Virus record (IMG/VR): IMGVR_UViG_2857083903_000001
Location: 22,883 to 86,882 of that record
Length of the DNA: 64,000 nt
Reading direction: 5' to 3' (one strand)
Origin: a virus
Lineage: Duplodnaviria > Caudoviricetes
Shown here: piece by piece, positions 29,871-40,007 of the stretch
Layout of the letters: every line of letters begins with the position of its first letter
How positions within the stretch are numbered: position 1 is the stretch's first letter
Made by a program: the position numbers and the translations under genes
Notes under the pieces: model-generated
Databases searched by the model: none
Told to the model about the DNA's origin: nothing
The model's input: the letters and a program-made list of their open reading frames with translations, nothing else

Positions 29871-30322
29871 AGGGCGCCACCCTCGGAAGCGACGGACGTC
29901 GGAACGAGGGCACGGCGGCGCATGTCGGCGGCGACGTCGCAGTGGCAGTTCATCCAGACGGTGTCGCGGCTCCCGTGCTCGGGGCAGTGCGCGACAAGTT
30001 CGTCAGCCTCGGTGGTGAGGGAGTTCGTTCGAGTAGCGGCCAGCTCGGCACGGAGGCGACGGGCTTCGGTGACAAGGATCTTCGCCACCTCGGGGCGCAT
30101 CGCGGCGATGTACTCGGCGTCAGCCATTCGCCAGGGCGCATCCGCGACGGTCTGGCGGGTGGTGCAGCCGTCTTCGTCGATGTACTCGGTTTTCACCCAG
30201 TAGACGGGGCGAGGATCGTGCTCGTTGGGCGGGAGTTCGACGGCTGTCCAGGTGCCGGGGGTGGCGGCGTCCGCGCGGGCTTCGATGCCGTCGAGCTGCT
30301 GGTCGGTGAGCGGGCTGGTCAC
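29867..30322 (-). CDS. Ead/Ea22-like phage protein
   Basis: IEARADAATPGTW...DAEYIAAM. Confidence 0.6.
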   Translation of the reverse strand: MTSPLTDQQLDGIEARADAATPGTWTAVELPPNEHDPRPVYWVKTEYIDEDGCTTRQTVADAPWRMADAEYIAAMRPEVAKILVTEARRLRAELAATRTNSLTTEADELVAHCPEHGSRDTVWMNCHCDVAADMRRRALVPTSVASEGGAL

Positions 30323-30413
30323 AGGTCTCCTCGGGGTGTGGGTGGGGCCGTGCAGCGGTGGGGGTGTGCTGCACGGCCCCGAGGAAGCCCCCGTGGGGGA
30401 AGGGGCGGCGGGT

Positions 30414-30530
30414 CTACTGGCCGTAGTGGTCGGACGGGTCGTCTGCGGGGAGGGTGTGGTGGATGCAGTCGGGGCCGTGGATGCCTGCCGCCCGCTCTTC
30501 GGGGGTGGCGTCGCAGTCGCAGGTGAGCAT
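30414..30530 (-). CDS. Very small Cys/His protein, first gene after promoter copy 3
   Basis: MLTCDC...HGPDC. Confidence 0.4.
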   Translation of the reverse strand: MLTCDCDATPEERAAGIHGPDCIHHTLPADDPSDHYGQ

Positions 30531-30571
30531 GGGTGTCCCCGGTGGGTTGGTGGGGGTGTGCCTGAGGTTCC

Positions 30572-30603
30572 ACCATACCGGTTTAGGCATGGGGTCACAA
30601 TGC
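30572..30603 (-). promoter_or_regulatory. Promoter/operator motif, copy 3
   Basis: Reverse complement: gcattgtgaccccatgc; TTGTGA-N17-TATGGT. Confidence 0.75.
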
Positions 30604-30676
30604 TTGAGACGGATTGGGTGCAGACACACAAGAGGGGCCCGACCACACGGCCAGACCCCTCACACAACACCGCAGG

Positions 30677-31213
30677 CTAGAAAGGCGGACTATCCCAACT
30701 ACCGTCCTGCTGACCCCCAGCCGGCGCCGACGACGCCCACGGGTCCTCCGACTGCCCACCACCCTGCTGCCGGCCACCAGACGACCAGCCGCCACCACCC
30801 TGACCCTGGCCCTGGCCGCCGCCCTGACCACCACGGGAGCCACCCGACGCCTTCGTCACCTTCGCCGTCGCGCTGCGAAGGCTGGGACCGACTTCCTCGC
30901 AATCCACCTCGTAGACCGTGCGTCGGACTCCCTGATTGTCGTCGTACGACCGCTGCTTCAGACGGCCCTGCACGATCACCCGCATGCCCTTCTGCAAGGT
31001 CTCCGCACAATTTTCTGCCGCCTGACGCCACACCGAGCAGGTCAGGAACAGGCTGCCGTCCTTGTCGTCTTCCCAGGTGTTCGTGTCCCGGTTGAACTTC
31101 CGCGGCGTCGACGCCACCCGGAACTTCGCAACCGCCGCACCCCCCGGCGTAAAACGCAGCTCAACTTCGTCGACGAGGTTCCCGATCAGTGTGATCTCGG
31201 TGCCGTTACTCAT
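30677..31213 (-). CDS. ssb: Single-stranded DNA-binding protein
   Basis: [17 protein letters not shown]-rich linker, PPF end. Confidence 0.95.
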   Translation of the reverse strand: MSNGTEITLIGNLVDEVELRFTPGGAAVAKFRVASTPRKFNRDTNTWEDDKDGSLFLTCSVWRQAAENCAETLQKGMRVIVQGRLKQRSYDDNQGVRRTVYEVDCEEVGPSLRSATAKVTKASGGSRGGQGGGQGQGQGGGGWSSGGRQQGGGQSEDPWASSAPAGGQQDGSWDSPPF

Positions 31214-32136
31214 GCTGCTTCCTCCATCTCGTTCTGCTTCAGGGTTCGTTCACGCGGCTGGTACACACGCCGCCACATCCGCCGGCCTTCCAGAGCGGCC
31301 GCTTTCTTCGCCCGCTCCCACCGCTTCTCCGCGGCCACTGGGGACAGGTCGAGCTTCTCTGCGATCTCGGCTGCTGTGTCGTTGGTCCACTCGAACAGGT
31401 GGAGCAGCACCTCACGCTTGGCGTCCTCGGTGAGGACCACGGACTCACCCATCAGCCAGCGGGCGGCCAGGTTGTCGCCATCCGTAGCTACCGGCTCGGG
31501 GCCCTCGGTGACTGGTACCGCCGTAGGGTCGTCGATGGTGTCGTCATCCCAGGCCAGCGGAGGAGCCCATCCGTGGCGCTCGGCCACAGTCCGGGTCTTC
31601 CACGACGTCCCAGTTCGCATCGACATGCGGTCGTACGCTGCACGGACTTGCTCATCCATACCGACCTTGATGGTGGGCCACCGGCCAGCAGCCAGCGCGC
31701 TTACGGCATCCCGTGAGATTCCGGCGGCGGATGCTATCTCGTGGTTGAAGTGCCCCAGCGCGTACAGGGCACGAACCCGGCGGACAGCACCGACCGCCGG
31801 AACGTCGCCCAGAGAGACTCGGACATCGAGCGGAACGGCCAGGACCTTCGTAGCGGTACGCGACCATGTTGTTTTCTGCTTGCCGTCCATCAGGCGGCGC
31901 ACGGTCGACGGTTCGATTCCTGCTTCGCGGGCGATCTGCAAGGAGGTGAGTCCGCGGGCGGTCAGCGCTTTGACGTGAGTCACTACGGGGTCAGCCGGGA
32001 CACTTCGCGGCTTGCCGGCGAGACGGTCCAGTTTGCGTTCGGCGTCCGCGCGGGTGGCAGCGACGGTGCACGGCCGGCACCGGCATCCGTAGGCGTACCG
32101 GTTCGCCGTGGCGTGCGGGGCGATCTGTCGACTCAT
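31210..32136 (-). CDS. Phage multi-HTH protein
   Basis: YGCRCRPC, two HTH-like segments, PPLAWDDD. Confidence 0.7.
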   Translation of the reverse strand: MSRQIAPHATANRYAYGCRCRPCTVAATRADAERKLDRLAGKPRSVPADPVVTHVKALTARGLTSLQIAREAGIEPSTVRRLMDGKQKTTWSRTATKVLAVPLDVRVSLGDVPAVGAVRRVRALYALGHFNHEIASAAGISRDAVSALAAGRWPTIKVGMDEQVRAAYDRMSMRTGTSWKTRTVAERHGWAPPLAWDDDTIDDPTAVPVTEGPEPVATDGDNLAARWLMGESVVLTEDAKREVLLHLFEWTNDTAAEIAEKLDLSPVAAEKRWERAKKAAALEGRRMWRRVYQPRERTLKQNEMEEAA

Positions 32137-32798
32137 GCCGCCAGTTCCTGTCCTGCTCGTTCCGCAGCCCGCTTCCACGCCTGCCTCGCCGCCTGCACCT
32201 GCTCCGGCGACACCCCCAGGTGGAGGGCGATGTTCGTCCGGGACACACCCATGGCCGTCAGCTTCTGCACCAACTGCTGGTGGTCGTCGTGGATCTGAAC
32301 GGACATCAGGCGGCCGTCACCAGACCACGGCTGCGCCACCAGCGCGGCACGGCAGCCCAGCCACCACATCGCCACCCGGATCGTCACCGCCGACGCGGTC
32401 ACCCCTTGTCCACGGAACTCGGTGACGACCGCGGCGAGCGACCAGTCCCGCAGCTTCCACAGCAGATCCCCGAACGTCTGCGGCAGCACCAGCATCCCGG
32501 CCTGCTTCAGGTCAGGGTGCTCGCCGAGGAGGGCGTGGACACGCAGGGCCTGTCGCTGCAGGTGGGTGAGACCGCCGGCGACACCCCACGGCTGGTAGGG
32601 GCCTTCCTCCCAGCGGGTGGCGTCGGCCAGGCAGAGGGTGCGGACGGGGCAGCGAAGGCAGGCGGCCTGTACTTCGGCCTGGTCGCCGCGTTCGTCGGAG
32701 TAGATGGTGTCGATGTCGAGGTTCTGGCAGGCGGCTCGGGTGCGCCAGTCGGCAGACCGGGTGGCGGGAGTTGTGTCGTGGCGGGTCGCGGTGGTCAT
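32133..32798 (-). CDS. WhiB-family protein with C-terminal HTH
   Basis: WRTRAAC...CLRCPVRTLC...WGVAGGLT. Confidence 0.8.
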   Translation of the reverse strand: MTTATRHDTTPATRSADWRTRAACQNLDIDTIYSDERGDQAEVQAACLRCPVRTLCLADATRWEEGPYQPWGVAGGLTHLQRQALRVHALLGEHPDLKQAGMLVLPQTFGDLLWKLRDWSLAAVVTEFRGQGVTASAVTIRVAMWWLGCRAALVAQPWSGDGRLMSVQIHDDHQQLVQKLTAMGVSRTNIALHLGVSPEQVQAARQAWKRAAERAGQELAA

Positions 32799-33466
32799 CG
32801 GTGGTCTCCGGTGAGGGTGTACAGGCGGATGATCGCGCCGGGCTCGGGCAGGGCGTCGGGGTGCTCGTCGGGGTAGACCTTGCGGTTGTGGTTCTCGATG
32901 ACGCGTCCGTCGTCTTCCCAGGCTTTGGCTGTGGTGATGGCGTCGTAGGTGGAGCGTTCGAGCTTGTCGATGTCGGGGCTGACTGCGGGGTAGGTGCGGC
33001 GGCGTTTGGGGGCGCGGCCGGGCTTGGGCATGGTGAAGGTGATGTCGGCTCGTACGGGTCCGACGAGGGGCTGGGCGCCGTCGAGGGCTTCGGTGATGGC
33101 TGCGGTGACCTTGTCGCGCCAGGGCTTGACCTTGGCGGATGACTCCCGCATGAGGGGGATGGCTTTGCCGGTCTTGCGGCTGCGGCCCCAGCCGACGGGG
33201 GACTTGCTGCCCTGAGGTCCGGCGAGCCCGTACACGGTGACGGTGAGAGCTGGCTCGGGTTCCCAGTCGTAGGTGCTCTGGGGGGTGTGGTCGTAGAGGG
33301 CTGCGTGCTGGAGGGTGGCGGCGAGCTGCTGGGCTTCTTCGGTGGTCATGCGGAGGTCGCCTATGGGGGTGGCGACGCGGATGTAGGTGATGCCGAGGTT
33401 GGTGCCTTCGATCTGTTCGCCGGCGAGGTAGACGCTGAAGGATTCGTCGGGGGTCGTGGTGGTCAT
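32795..33466 (-). CDS. rusA: RusA-family Holliday junction resolvase with N-terminal extension
   Basis: PQGSK, PDIDKL, WEDD. Confidence 0.85.
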   Translation of the reverse strand: MTTTTPDESFSVYLAGEQIEGTNLGITYIRVATPIGDLRMTTEEAQQLAATLQHAALYDHTPQSTYDWEPEPALTVTVYGLAGPQGSKSPVGWGRSRKTGKAIPLMRESSAKVKPWRDKVTAAITEALDGAQPLVGPVRADITFTMPKPGRAPKRRRTYPAVSPDIDKLERSTYDAITTAKAWEDDGRVIENHNRKVYPDEHPDALPEPGAIIRLYTLTGDHR

Positions 33467-33675
33467 GGTTGGGTCTCCTGGAGTGGGATGCCGTGCCGCA
33501 TGTACGTGGCTTGGCCGGGGCGGTGCCCTACGTGGAAGTGCGGGCAGAAGTCGCAGTCGTAGGGGCGCATGGCCGGTCCGCCTTCGCGGCGTATCTGGTT
33601 GGCGCGTCTCTTCGCGGCCCGGCGGGTGAGGAAGCGGGTCTTGCCGAGGCAGGCGACTTCTTCCTCGGTCATCAC
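33463..33675 (-). CDS. Small zinc-binding basic protein
   Basis: CLGK..PYDCDFCPHFHVGH. Confidence 0.6.
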   Translation of the reverse strand: MMTEEEVACLGKTRFLTRRAAKRRANQIRREGGPAMRPYDCDFCPHFHVGHRPGQATYMRHGIPLQETQP

Positions 33676-33884
33676 TGGGGTCCGGGTTCGGGGAGTTGAA
33701 GGCGTCGGGCGAGGTTGGTGCGGGCGTCGCGGTCTTGGGTGGGGTCGTGGATGAAGGCGACGGTGAGGGCGATGCGGCTGCGGAGGACGGCGAGGTCGTT
33801 CTCGGCGGTGGCGAGGAGTGCGGTGTGCCGCCGGCAGAGTTCGGTGGCGAGGGTGTCGACGTAGGCCGGGTCGTGGTCAGCCAT
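33672..33884 (-). CDS. Hypothetical protein
   Basis: RBS GAGGTG; coupled. Confidence 0.5.
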   Translation of the reverse strand: MADHDPAYVDTLATELCRRHTALLATAENDLAVLRSRIALTVAFIHDPTQDRDARTNLARRLQLPEPGPQ

Positions 33885-34353
33885 CGGTGTCACCTCGCAG
33901 CCGGCGCAGCTCGGCTTCCAGCTCGGCGACGCGGGCTTCGGCCTTCTGCCGGGCCTCGTGCGGGGTGAGGGCGCCGGGGGCGTGCCGCTGGATGACGATG
34001 GTGTACAGCTCGGGGGACTCGGCGACCTTGATGTCCCACTCCAGCTTGGTCTCGCTGTAGTTCGGGGCGTCGCCGAGCATGGTGCGGGCGGCGGCGACCT
34101 GGTGGGCGAGGAGTTCGCGGGCGGCTTGCAGGTCCATGTGCATGCCGTTGCGGAAGTCGATGGAGCGGATGGCGGTCTCGTCGAGTTGCTTCTGAATCCA
34201 TCGCTGGGTGGCCGCTTCGGCGAGGACGGTGGAGAGCACGGGGCGGAGGATGTCGGTGTCGTGGCCGAAGAGGGGGGCGACACGGGGGTCCTCGTCGTGG
34301 AGGGCGTTGTACAGGACGCGGGCCAGTTCGCTGACGGGGTCGTGGTTGGTCAC
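33877..34353 (-). CDS. Hypothetical protein
   Basis: GTGA overlap; RBS AAGGAG. Confidence 0.6.
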   Translation of the reverse strand: MTNHDPVSELARVLYNALHDEDPRVAPLFGHDTDILRPVLSTVLAEAATQRWIQKQLDETAIRSIDFRNGMHMDLQAARELLAHQVAAARTMLGDAPNYSETKLEWDIKVAESPELYTIVIQRHAPGALTPHEARQKAEARVAELEAELRRLRGDTDG

Positions 34354-35066
34354 GGCTGGGGGTGCTCCTTGGGTGCGTCGTCGGTGGCGGGGTGGATGGC
34401 GGGGATGGGCTGGGTGTCGTCGGTGCCGGCGGCCGAGTGGGTGAGCTGGTCGCCGAGGGCCCGCGGCCGGGTGGGGAGGGGGATGGTGATGCTGCGGGTG
34501 TCCGGGGCGCCGGGCAGGGGCCGGGTGAGGGTGACCGCCGGGTCGATGCCGACTTCCTGCCACTCGATGGGGCTGAGGCCCTGGATGTGGCTGAGGTCGG
34601 TGTGGGGGGTGGTGCAGGTGGCGGTCTGGACGCGGGCGGCGGTGGTGTCGGAGGGGTTGGCTATCTCGTACTGGTGGAGGGCGCCCATGGGGCAGTGGCC
34701 CTGCCAGGTGAGGGTGCGGGTGTTGAGGGTGTAGTGGAGGACGGCGTTGTCGGGGAGTCGGCGGGTGGTGGTGCCGTTGCGGTGGTCGTGCCAGTCGCGG
34801 ATGTGGGGGGTGTGGATGCCGGCGATGCGGGCGGCGAGGGTGGCGTAGCCCTGGAGGTCGGTCATCCAGGGGGTGTGGCGTGTGGGGAGGTTGGTGGTGG
34901 GGGGGTTGACGAGGGAGAGGCGGGGGGCCGGCGTCTTCTTGGCGGCGGTGGTCTTGCGGGCGGCCGCGGTCTTGGCGGGGGTGGCCTTCTTCGCCGTCTT
35001 CTTCGCGGGCTGCGCGCTGCTGGTGGTCTTCTTCGCCGTGCTGGCCGTGGTGCGGGTGCGGGTCAT
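34350..35066 (-). CDS. Protein with a histone-like AKK-rich N-terminus
   Basis: PAKKTAKKATPAKT. Confidence 0.65.
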   Translation of the reverse strand: MTRTRTTASTAKKTTSSAQPAKKTAKKATPAKTAAARKTTAAKKTPAPRLSLVNPPTTNLPTRHTPWMTDLQGYATLAARIAGIHTPHIRDWHDHRNGTTTRRLPDNAVLHYTLNTRTLTWQGHCPMGALHQYEIANPSDTTAARVQTATCTTPHTDLSHIQGLSPIEWQEVGIDPAVTLTRPLPGAPDTRSITIPLPTRPRALGDQLTHSAAGTDDTQPIPAIHPATDDAPKEHPQP

Positions 35067-35180
35067 GGCCTTGCTCCCTGTCGGTGCGGGGTGTGGTGGT
35101 GCTCCGTCGGGCGTGGGGGGTGTGGTTGAGGAGGGCGATGGTGGTGAGGCCGACGGCGAGGGCGATGCCGTCGGGCCAGG

Positions 35181-35417
35181 TCACTGGTCGATGTCGAGAA
35201 ACAGGCGGATGGCGCCGCGGTCGACCTTCGAGGCAAGAACGCCAATGTCTTCGCCCTCACGGGCCTTCTTGGCCAACCAGGCGACGACCTCAGCCTTCGC
35301 CTCTCGCAGGACCTCGTCTCGGTAGTCGTCGAGATCGCCGATGGCTTCCTCCAGTTCCACCTCGTCGGAGGACGCGCGGGCCAGCCAGGACTCGACCTGG
35401 TCGCGGGCGGCGCTCAT
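35181..35417 (-). CDS. Hypothetical protein
   Basis: ATGA overlap; RBS AGGAG. Confidence 0.55.
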   Translation of the reverse strand: MSAARDQVESWLARASSDEVELEEAIGDLDDYRDEVLREAKAEVVAWLAKKAREGEDIGVLASKVDRGAIRLFLDIDQ

Positions 35418-35710
35418 GCGGCGCGCTCCTGCTCGGTGAGCCAGCGGTGGGCGACCTCGGTCTGGGCGCCGATCTGTGCGATGTGCCCGTTGAGGAGACC
35501 GGCGATGGCGGTGGCGTAGCCGCATACGTACAGGTTGGCGGGGACGAGGCCGGTGGGGGCGGCGTCGAGCATCTCCTCGGCGCGCTGCTTCAAGGCGTGG
35601 ATGTCCTCGCCAGCGGTGTACTCGTCGTAGGCGTCGGCGATGCCGAGGCAGTAGAACGGGTCGCGGGCGAAGGGGCTGGGCGTGGTCGCCTCGCTGGTCA
35701 TGGTGGTCAT
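35414..35710 (-). CDS. Hypothetical protein
   Basis: RBS AAAGG. Confidence 0.6.
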   Translation of the reverse strand: MTTMTSEATTPSPFARDPFYCLGIADAYDEYTAGEDIHALKQRAEEMLDAAPTGLVPANLYVCGYATAIAGLLNGHIAQIGAQTEVAHRWLTEQERAA

Positions 35711-35723
35711 GGGGGTGGCCCTT

Positions 35724-36050
35724 TCAGGCGGTGGGGTGGGTGATGGCGGGGCGGCAGTAGTCGTCGATGAGGTCGGTGTCCAGGGCGAGGGCGTGGACGT
35801 AGAGGGGGGTGCCGGTGCCGTGGTTGACGGTGGTGGTGAGGGTCCACTTGGTGACGCCGTCTCCGGCGGGCTGGTGGGTGATGGTGCCGCCGGCAGCCAG
35901 GTACCAGGCTTCGAGTTCGGTGAGGCTGGCGGTGAAGATGTGTGCGGCGTCGTGGTGGCTGGTGATGCGGGCGTGGGGGAGGTCGTTCCACTCGGCGAAG
36001 ACTTCGGCCTGCTGGGCGGGGGTGAGGGGGCGGAGCCGAGTGGTGTGCAT
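35724..36050 (-). CDS. Hypothetical protein
   Basis: RBS GGAG. Confidence 0.6.
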   Translation of the reverse strand: MHTTRLRPLTPAQQAEVFAEWNDLPHARITSHHDAAHIFTASLTELEAWYLAAGGTITHQPAGDGVTKWTLTTTVNHGTGTPLYVHALALDTDLIDDYCRPAITHPTA

Positions 36051-36133
36051 GTGGTTCTCCCTGTGGTCGTGCGGGGGGTGGGTCACCCGGCCGTGCAGCG
36101 TGAACGTGCACGGCCGGGGAGTCGGCGGAGGGA

Positions 36134-36343
36134 TCAGAAGCAGAGGTCACAGGTGCAGTGCACGCGGGTGACCCGGTCGGTGCCCTCGTCGTCGGGCCGG
36201 AAGCTGCTGCGGCAGAACCTGCTAGGCCAGTGCTGGACGGGGAAGCCGGGGCGGCACTCGGGGCACTCGCTCGGACGCCGGTTACTGCGGGCCTCCTGAG
36301 AGGCCTCATCCCGCGTGAGGGAAGGGATTGTGTAGCCAGCCAT
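36134..36343 (-). CDS. Small Cys-rich protein
   Basis: CPEC...HCTCDLCF. Confidence 0.55.
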   Translation of the reverse strand: MAGYTIPSLTRDEASQEARSNRRPSECPECRPGFPVQHWPSRFCRSSFRPDDEGTDRVTRVHCTCDLCF

Positions 36344-36361
36344 AGGGCGCTCTCCTCTGAG

Positions 36362-36691
36362 TTAGGCGGTTTCGCGGTGGTGGTCGGCGCAGGTGGGGCA
36401 CTGGACGCGGCCGAGGTTGTAGCCGCCGGTCCACTCGATGACGTGGGCGTCGGGGTGTTCGGCGTCGAAGACGAGGCCGCAGACGCAGGAGCAGGCGCAG
36501 CGCCGTATGTCGCCGCTCGGGGGGAGGGTCATGCCGATGGTGGCGGCGGCGCGGGCCATGAGGGTGAGGAAGTGGTCGTTTGTGCCCGCTTCGTCGGCCT
36601 GCTCCATCAGCTCGTCGAAGGTGTCCTGGATGTCCGTGGGGAGGTCGCGGTAGTCGACGGTGTCGATTCGGGCGTGCGTCATCACGGCCAC
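36362..36691 (-). CDS. Zinc-ribbon protein, first gene after promoter copy 4
   Basis: CACSCVC...CPTC; RBS GGAG. Confidence 0.6.
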   Translation of the reverse strand: MAVMTHARIDTVDYRDLPTDIQDTFDELMEQADEAGTNDHFLTLMARAAATIGMTLPPSGDIRRCACSCVCGLVFDAEHPDAHVIEWTGGYNLGRVQCPTCADHHRETA

Positions 36692-36761
36692 GGTGGCTCC
36701 AGGGGGTGCGAGAGAGGGGCAACAGGCTGTCGCTGATGCGGTGTTGCCTTGCTACGCCTCC

Positions 36762-36793
36762 ACCATACCCCTCTAAGCATGGAGTCACAATGC
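36762..36793 (-). promoter_or_regulatory. Promoter/operator motif, copy 4
   Basis: Reverse complement: gcattgtgactccatgc; TTGTGA-N17-TATGGT. Confidence 0.75.
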
Positions 36794-36867
36794 TTTCTCG
36801 GGGTTGGGTATGAGAAAGGGGCCCCCGCCCGTCACAGGCGAAGGCCCCACTTGAACTCAGCAGCAGG

Positions 36868-37095
36868 TCAGCGGGAGTCCACCCACCGCGCATGCACCAC
36901 CAGCAGATCCGACCACGACGCCTTCACGGGCCTGCCCCGGCCGGCCTGGTTGAGCTCCACACCCTGGAGCTTGCACTGCCGGACGAGCGTCTCCCGCGCG
37001 ATGGGGTGCCCGGTCTCGGCGAACAGAAGGAGAGCCTCCGGCACGCTGATTTCGTCAGCGGCAGGCTCGTAGGGGGTGAGCATGCTTGCGGCCAT
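36868..37095 (-). CDS. Small HTH-like protein
   Basis: RBS GGAGG. Confidence 0.55.
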   Translation of the reverse strand: MAASMLTPYEPAADEISVPEALLLFAETGHPIARETLVRQCKLQGVELNQAGRGRPVKASWSDLLVVHARWVDSR

Positions 37096-37233
37096 AGCGG
37101 CCTCCCGTTCTCAGGCGGCCATCGTTCGCAGCTCCGGCGGCCGAGACTCGGACACGCAACCCCTTGTGGGGGTGTGCGCTGGTGAGGGTTATGAGGTTGT
37201 TGAACCTACAGTCTTTGACACGCGAACCATCAG

Positions 37234-37776
37234 TCAGGTTGCACGGGCCTGACGGAAAGTTTCCTGGGACATCACCCAGGCGTGCGCGAGGTGGGCGACG
37301 GTGAAGCGTCGGCTGGCGCCGTCACGTGCGGTGCAGCGCCGGTTGGTGCAGATAGCCCGCTGGTCCGATCGCAGCCACTCCAGGCCGAACGTGCGGCATT
37401 TGGGGCAGCGTTCCTTGCGGATGACGAGCCGGTCCCCGGCGCGCAGGGAGTGTTCGAGGTAGTGGCGGCGTTCGATGACGGCGAGACGCAGCCGGGCCTC
37501 TTCGGGGGCGTGCGCGGTGTGTTCCCGGCACCAGTCGTAGACGGCATCGACCGTGGCGGGTGCGGGGCCGGCGTCGGGGTTGACGGCGCGGGTGTGATCG
37601 GTGACTTCGTGGACGGAGGCGGTGATGTGGTCGTGGGTGCTGAGGTTCAGCGGGGTGCCGGCCTCGGTGGTGGTGCGGTGGCCTTCGACGGGTCCGGTGA
37701 CGGGGTGTTCGCGGAAGTACTGGTGGAGGACGGCTAGGCGTGAGGCTGCGTCGTCTTCGTCGGTTCTGGTGCCCAT
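37234..37776 (-). CDS. Hypothetical protein with zinc ribbon
   Basis: CPKC...CTNRRC. Confidence 0.65.
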   Translation of the reverse strand: MGTRTDEDDAASRLAVLHQYFREHPVTGPVEGHRTTTEAGTPLNLSTHDHITASVHEVTDHTRAVNPDAGPAPATVDAVYDWCREHTAHAPEEARLRLAVIERRHYLEHSLRAGDRLVIRKERCPKCRTFGLEWLRSDQRAICTNRRCTARDGASRRFTVAHLAHAWVMSQETFRQARAT

Positions 37777-37994
37777 GGGTTGTGTCCCCGTCCCCTAGGC
37801 GGCCGGTGGCGCGTGCACCGGGCTGTGGGTGTGCGGGGCGCGCGCCGGAGGCCGGATGGTGTGACTCCGGTGGTCCGGACGCCCATCATGGCATGGGTGG
37901 GGCGGGTGTTGAACTCATCGTCAAAAATGATCAACAGAGTGTGTTGGTGGGTAGTCAAGACCCTTTGGAGAGACGGCACATCAGAGAGGCATAT

Positions 37995-38261
37995 TCAGAT
38001 GAGGCCCGGTGCCTGTTCCATCCCCCGGACCATGGCGAGGAGTTCGGCGAGCTCGCTGTCCTCTACGTGAATGAGGCCGGTCGCCTGGGAGCCCTCTATG
38101 GCCTGCGCGCAGATCTGGAGTGTGAGCCGGAAGGCGGCTGCGGTGTCCTCGTCGGCGAGGGTGAGACCCAGGCCGGTGAACCGGGTCTCAAGGGTTTCCG
38201 CCCAGGCTTTCATGGCGGGCGTGGCGGGGGGTTGGGGAGCGGGTGGTTCTGGTGTGGTCAT
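37995..38261 (-). CDS. Hypothetical protein
   Basis: Codon bias; MTTPEPP start. Confidence 0.55.
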   Translation of the reverse strand: MTTPEPPAPQPPATPAMKAWAETLETRFTGLGLTLADEDTAAAFRLTLQICAQAIEGSQATGLIHVEDSELAELLAMVRGMEQAPGLI

Positions 38262-38818
38262 GTGCCACCGTCCCTGGGCTGTGGTCCGTGCGCGGCGCCG
38301 TGCGAGGTCGATTACGGCGGGGCGGGTGGGATTGTTCAGGGGGCGGGGGTTGGCCGGCTCTGCTGCGGACATAGGTCCGGCTCCACATCCTCCGGCAGCT
38401 GGGAAGGGTCCCGTGGGGTTGGTCGAGCCCTGGCGGGTTGGTGTGTGGCTGCCAGTCCACTGCACCGGTAGGTCACTGTGGCATGGCTGGGTGTGGGTGT
38501 GGGTGGTCGGGTCGTGTTTTAACGCTGTTGTGACCGGATGTGGCTACTCGTGTGGCTCGTTCCACTACCGCGAGTGAAGCTCTGGGGTGATATAGGGATA
38601 TCTCTGCTTCGGGGTGGCGGCTGGGGGGCGGCGGGAAGTCGTGGGACCTGAACGCTTCGGGGGCCGCTACACGCGGGGGTGGTGTGTGGGCGTGCCCGTC
38701 AGGTGACGGCAGTCTAGTCCGGCAGTTCACCACCCGGTAGGGGTTGATTCCCTTCCGCTTGCCCGCCGTTGGCCGGGGCGGGTCTGGCGTGCGGCGAAGG
38801 CCCGCTGAGACGACGAAA

Positions 38819-38862
38819 GCGGCCCCGGCCGCCACCCGTCAGGGCAGGCAGGCCGGGGCCGC
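38819..38862 (-). terminator. Hairpin after parB
   Basis: gcggccccggcc / ggccggggccgc. Confidence 0.6.
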
Positions 38863-38864
38863 GG

Positions 38865-40007
38865 TCATGCTTGTCGAGCCTTGACTGCCGCCTGAGTCTC
38901 CTCATCACGGCCGAGGCCAAGGAAGACGGTCGCCCGATCTTCGGCGGCCATCTTCCGCAAGAGCAAGAAGAGAGCCTCGCCGCCATGCTCGTAGGGGAAG
39001 CGCGGTGCCTGATTCTCCGCTTCCGCCGCAGTGGTGTCACGCGGCTCCGGAATCGACTCCGCGGTGCGGGTCTTGCCCAGTTCCGGCCCGCCGTCGCTGG
39101 GGTTGGGGTGTGCCGGTACGGCCGGCTTGGGAGCCGGTGCCGCCTCCGCTGGCGGGTATACCGCGGTATACGCGTCGGCCTCCTGCTGGGCTGGTACCTC
39201 CACTTGGGCCGGCGCCTCCACCTCAGGTCTGCTGGCAACCGCAGGCTCCACGGGAGGCGTCTCGGGCACCGTGTATACCGCGGTATACGCCGCCGGGGTC
39301 TCGGCGACGCCCGGCCGCTGCTGCTTGGTGGGGCGGGGCTGCTCCTGGTCCAGCTTCCAGGTGGCGTACTGCTCCTCCGGCGGCATCGCCGCATAGCGGC
39401 GCATCTCCCGGAACGCAGTCAGCTGGCCGTCGAGAACAAGCTGCACCATCTCGTCGGTGAGCCGAAGCAGGCCGATGCGCTGGTTGAACCACTGCTTCGA
39501 CTTGCCCATGGCCTTGGCCGCGGCGGACTGGTTGCCGTCGTGGAGGGTGAGCATGGCGTGCAGGCCGTTGGCTTCCTCGATGGGGTTGAAGTTGGCGCGC
39601 TGCACGTTCTCGGACAGCACCGCGGCGAGGAACCGGATACGGGACTCGGTGAGGTCGTGCCGGATCAGAAGATCCAGACTCTCCAGGCCGACGTTCACGG
39701 CCGCGCGCCAGCGGCGTTCACCAGCAGCCATCACGTACCGGCAGGTGTCCGGGAGCTCGTCGGCGTGCTCCGGATAGAGCTTGAGGTAGCTGGCTTTGGG
39801 GACGGCTACGCAGGGCTGGAGCTGCCCGGCCCGCATGTCTTCGCCGAGCTCGGTGAGTTCGGTTTCGTCGAAGTTCCGTCGCGGGTTCAGCGGGGTGGGG
39901 GCGACGGTGTTCGGGTGTACGTGGAGCAGGTCGGGTCGGCTGGCGCCGGGCACGGTCTCGACTTTGCTGGTGGCGAGGGAGGCGAGGGAGATGCGCTTGC
40001 CGGACAT
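38865..40007 (-). CDS. parB: ParB/Spo0J partition protein
   Basis: NPRRNFD, AGERRWRAA, ENVQR, PIEEA, HTH; TAATG overlap with parA. Confidence 0.9.
   Translation of the reverse strand: MSGKRISLASLATSKVETVPGASRPDLLHVHPNTVAPTPLNPRRNFDETELTELGEDMRAGQLQPCVAVPKASYLKLYPEHADELPDTCRYVMAAGERRWRAAVNVGLESLDLLIRHDLTESRIRFLAAVLSENVQRANFNPIEEANGLHAMLTLHDGNQSAAAKAMGKSKQWFNQRIGLLRLTDEMVQLVLDGQLTAFREMRRYAAMPPEEQYATWKLDQEQPRPTKQQRPGVAETPAAYTAVYTVPETPPVEPAVASRPEVEAPAQVEVPAQQEADAYTAVYPPAEAAPAPKPAVPAHPNPSDGGPELGKTRTAESIPEPRDTTAAEAENQAPRFPYEHGGEALFLLLRKMAAEDRATVFLGLGRDEETQAAVKARQA
39156..39171. promoter_or_regulatory. parS-like palindrome 1 (inside parB)
   Basis: GTATACCGCGGTATAC. Confidence 0.7.
39273..39288. 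promoter_or_regulatory. parS-like palindrome 2 (inside parB)
   Basis: GTATACCGCGGTATAC. Confidence 0.7.

Noticed and set aside
35063-35184. Small TM ORF starting VTWPDGIALAVGL
   Set aside because: It does not stop in frame at the expected junction; possibly a frameshifted remnant, but unsupported
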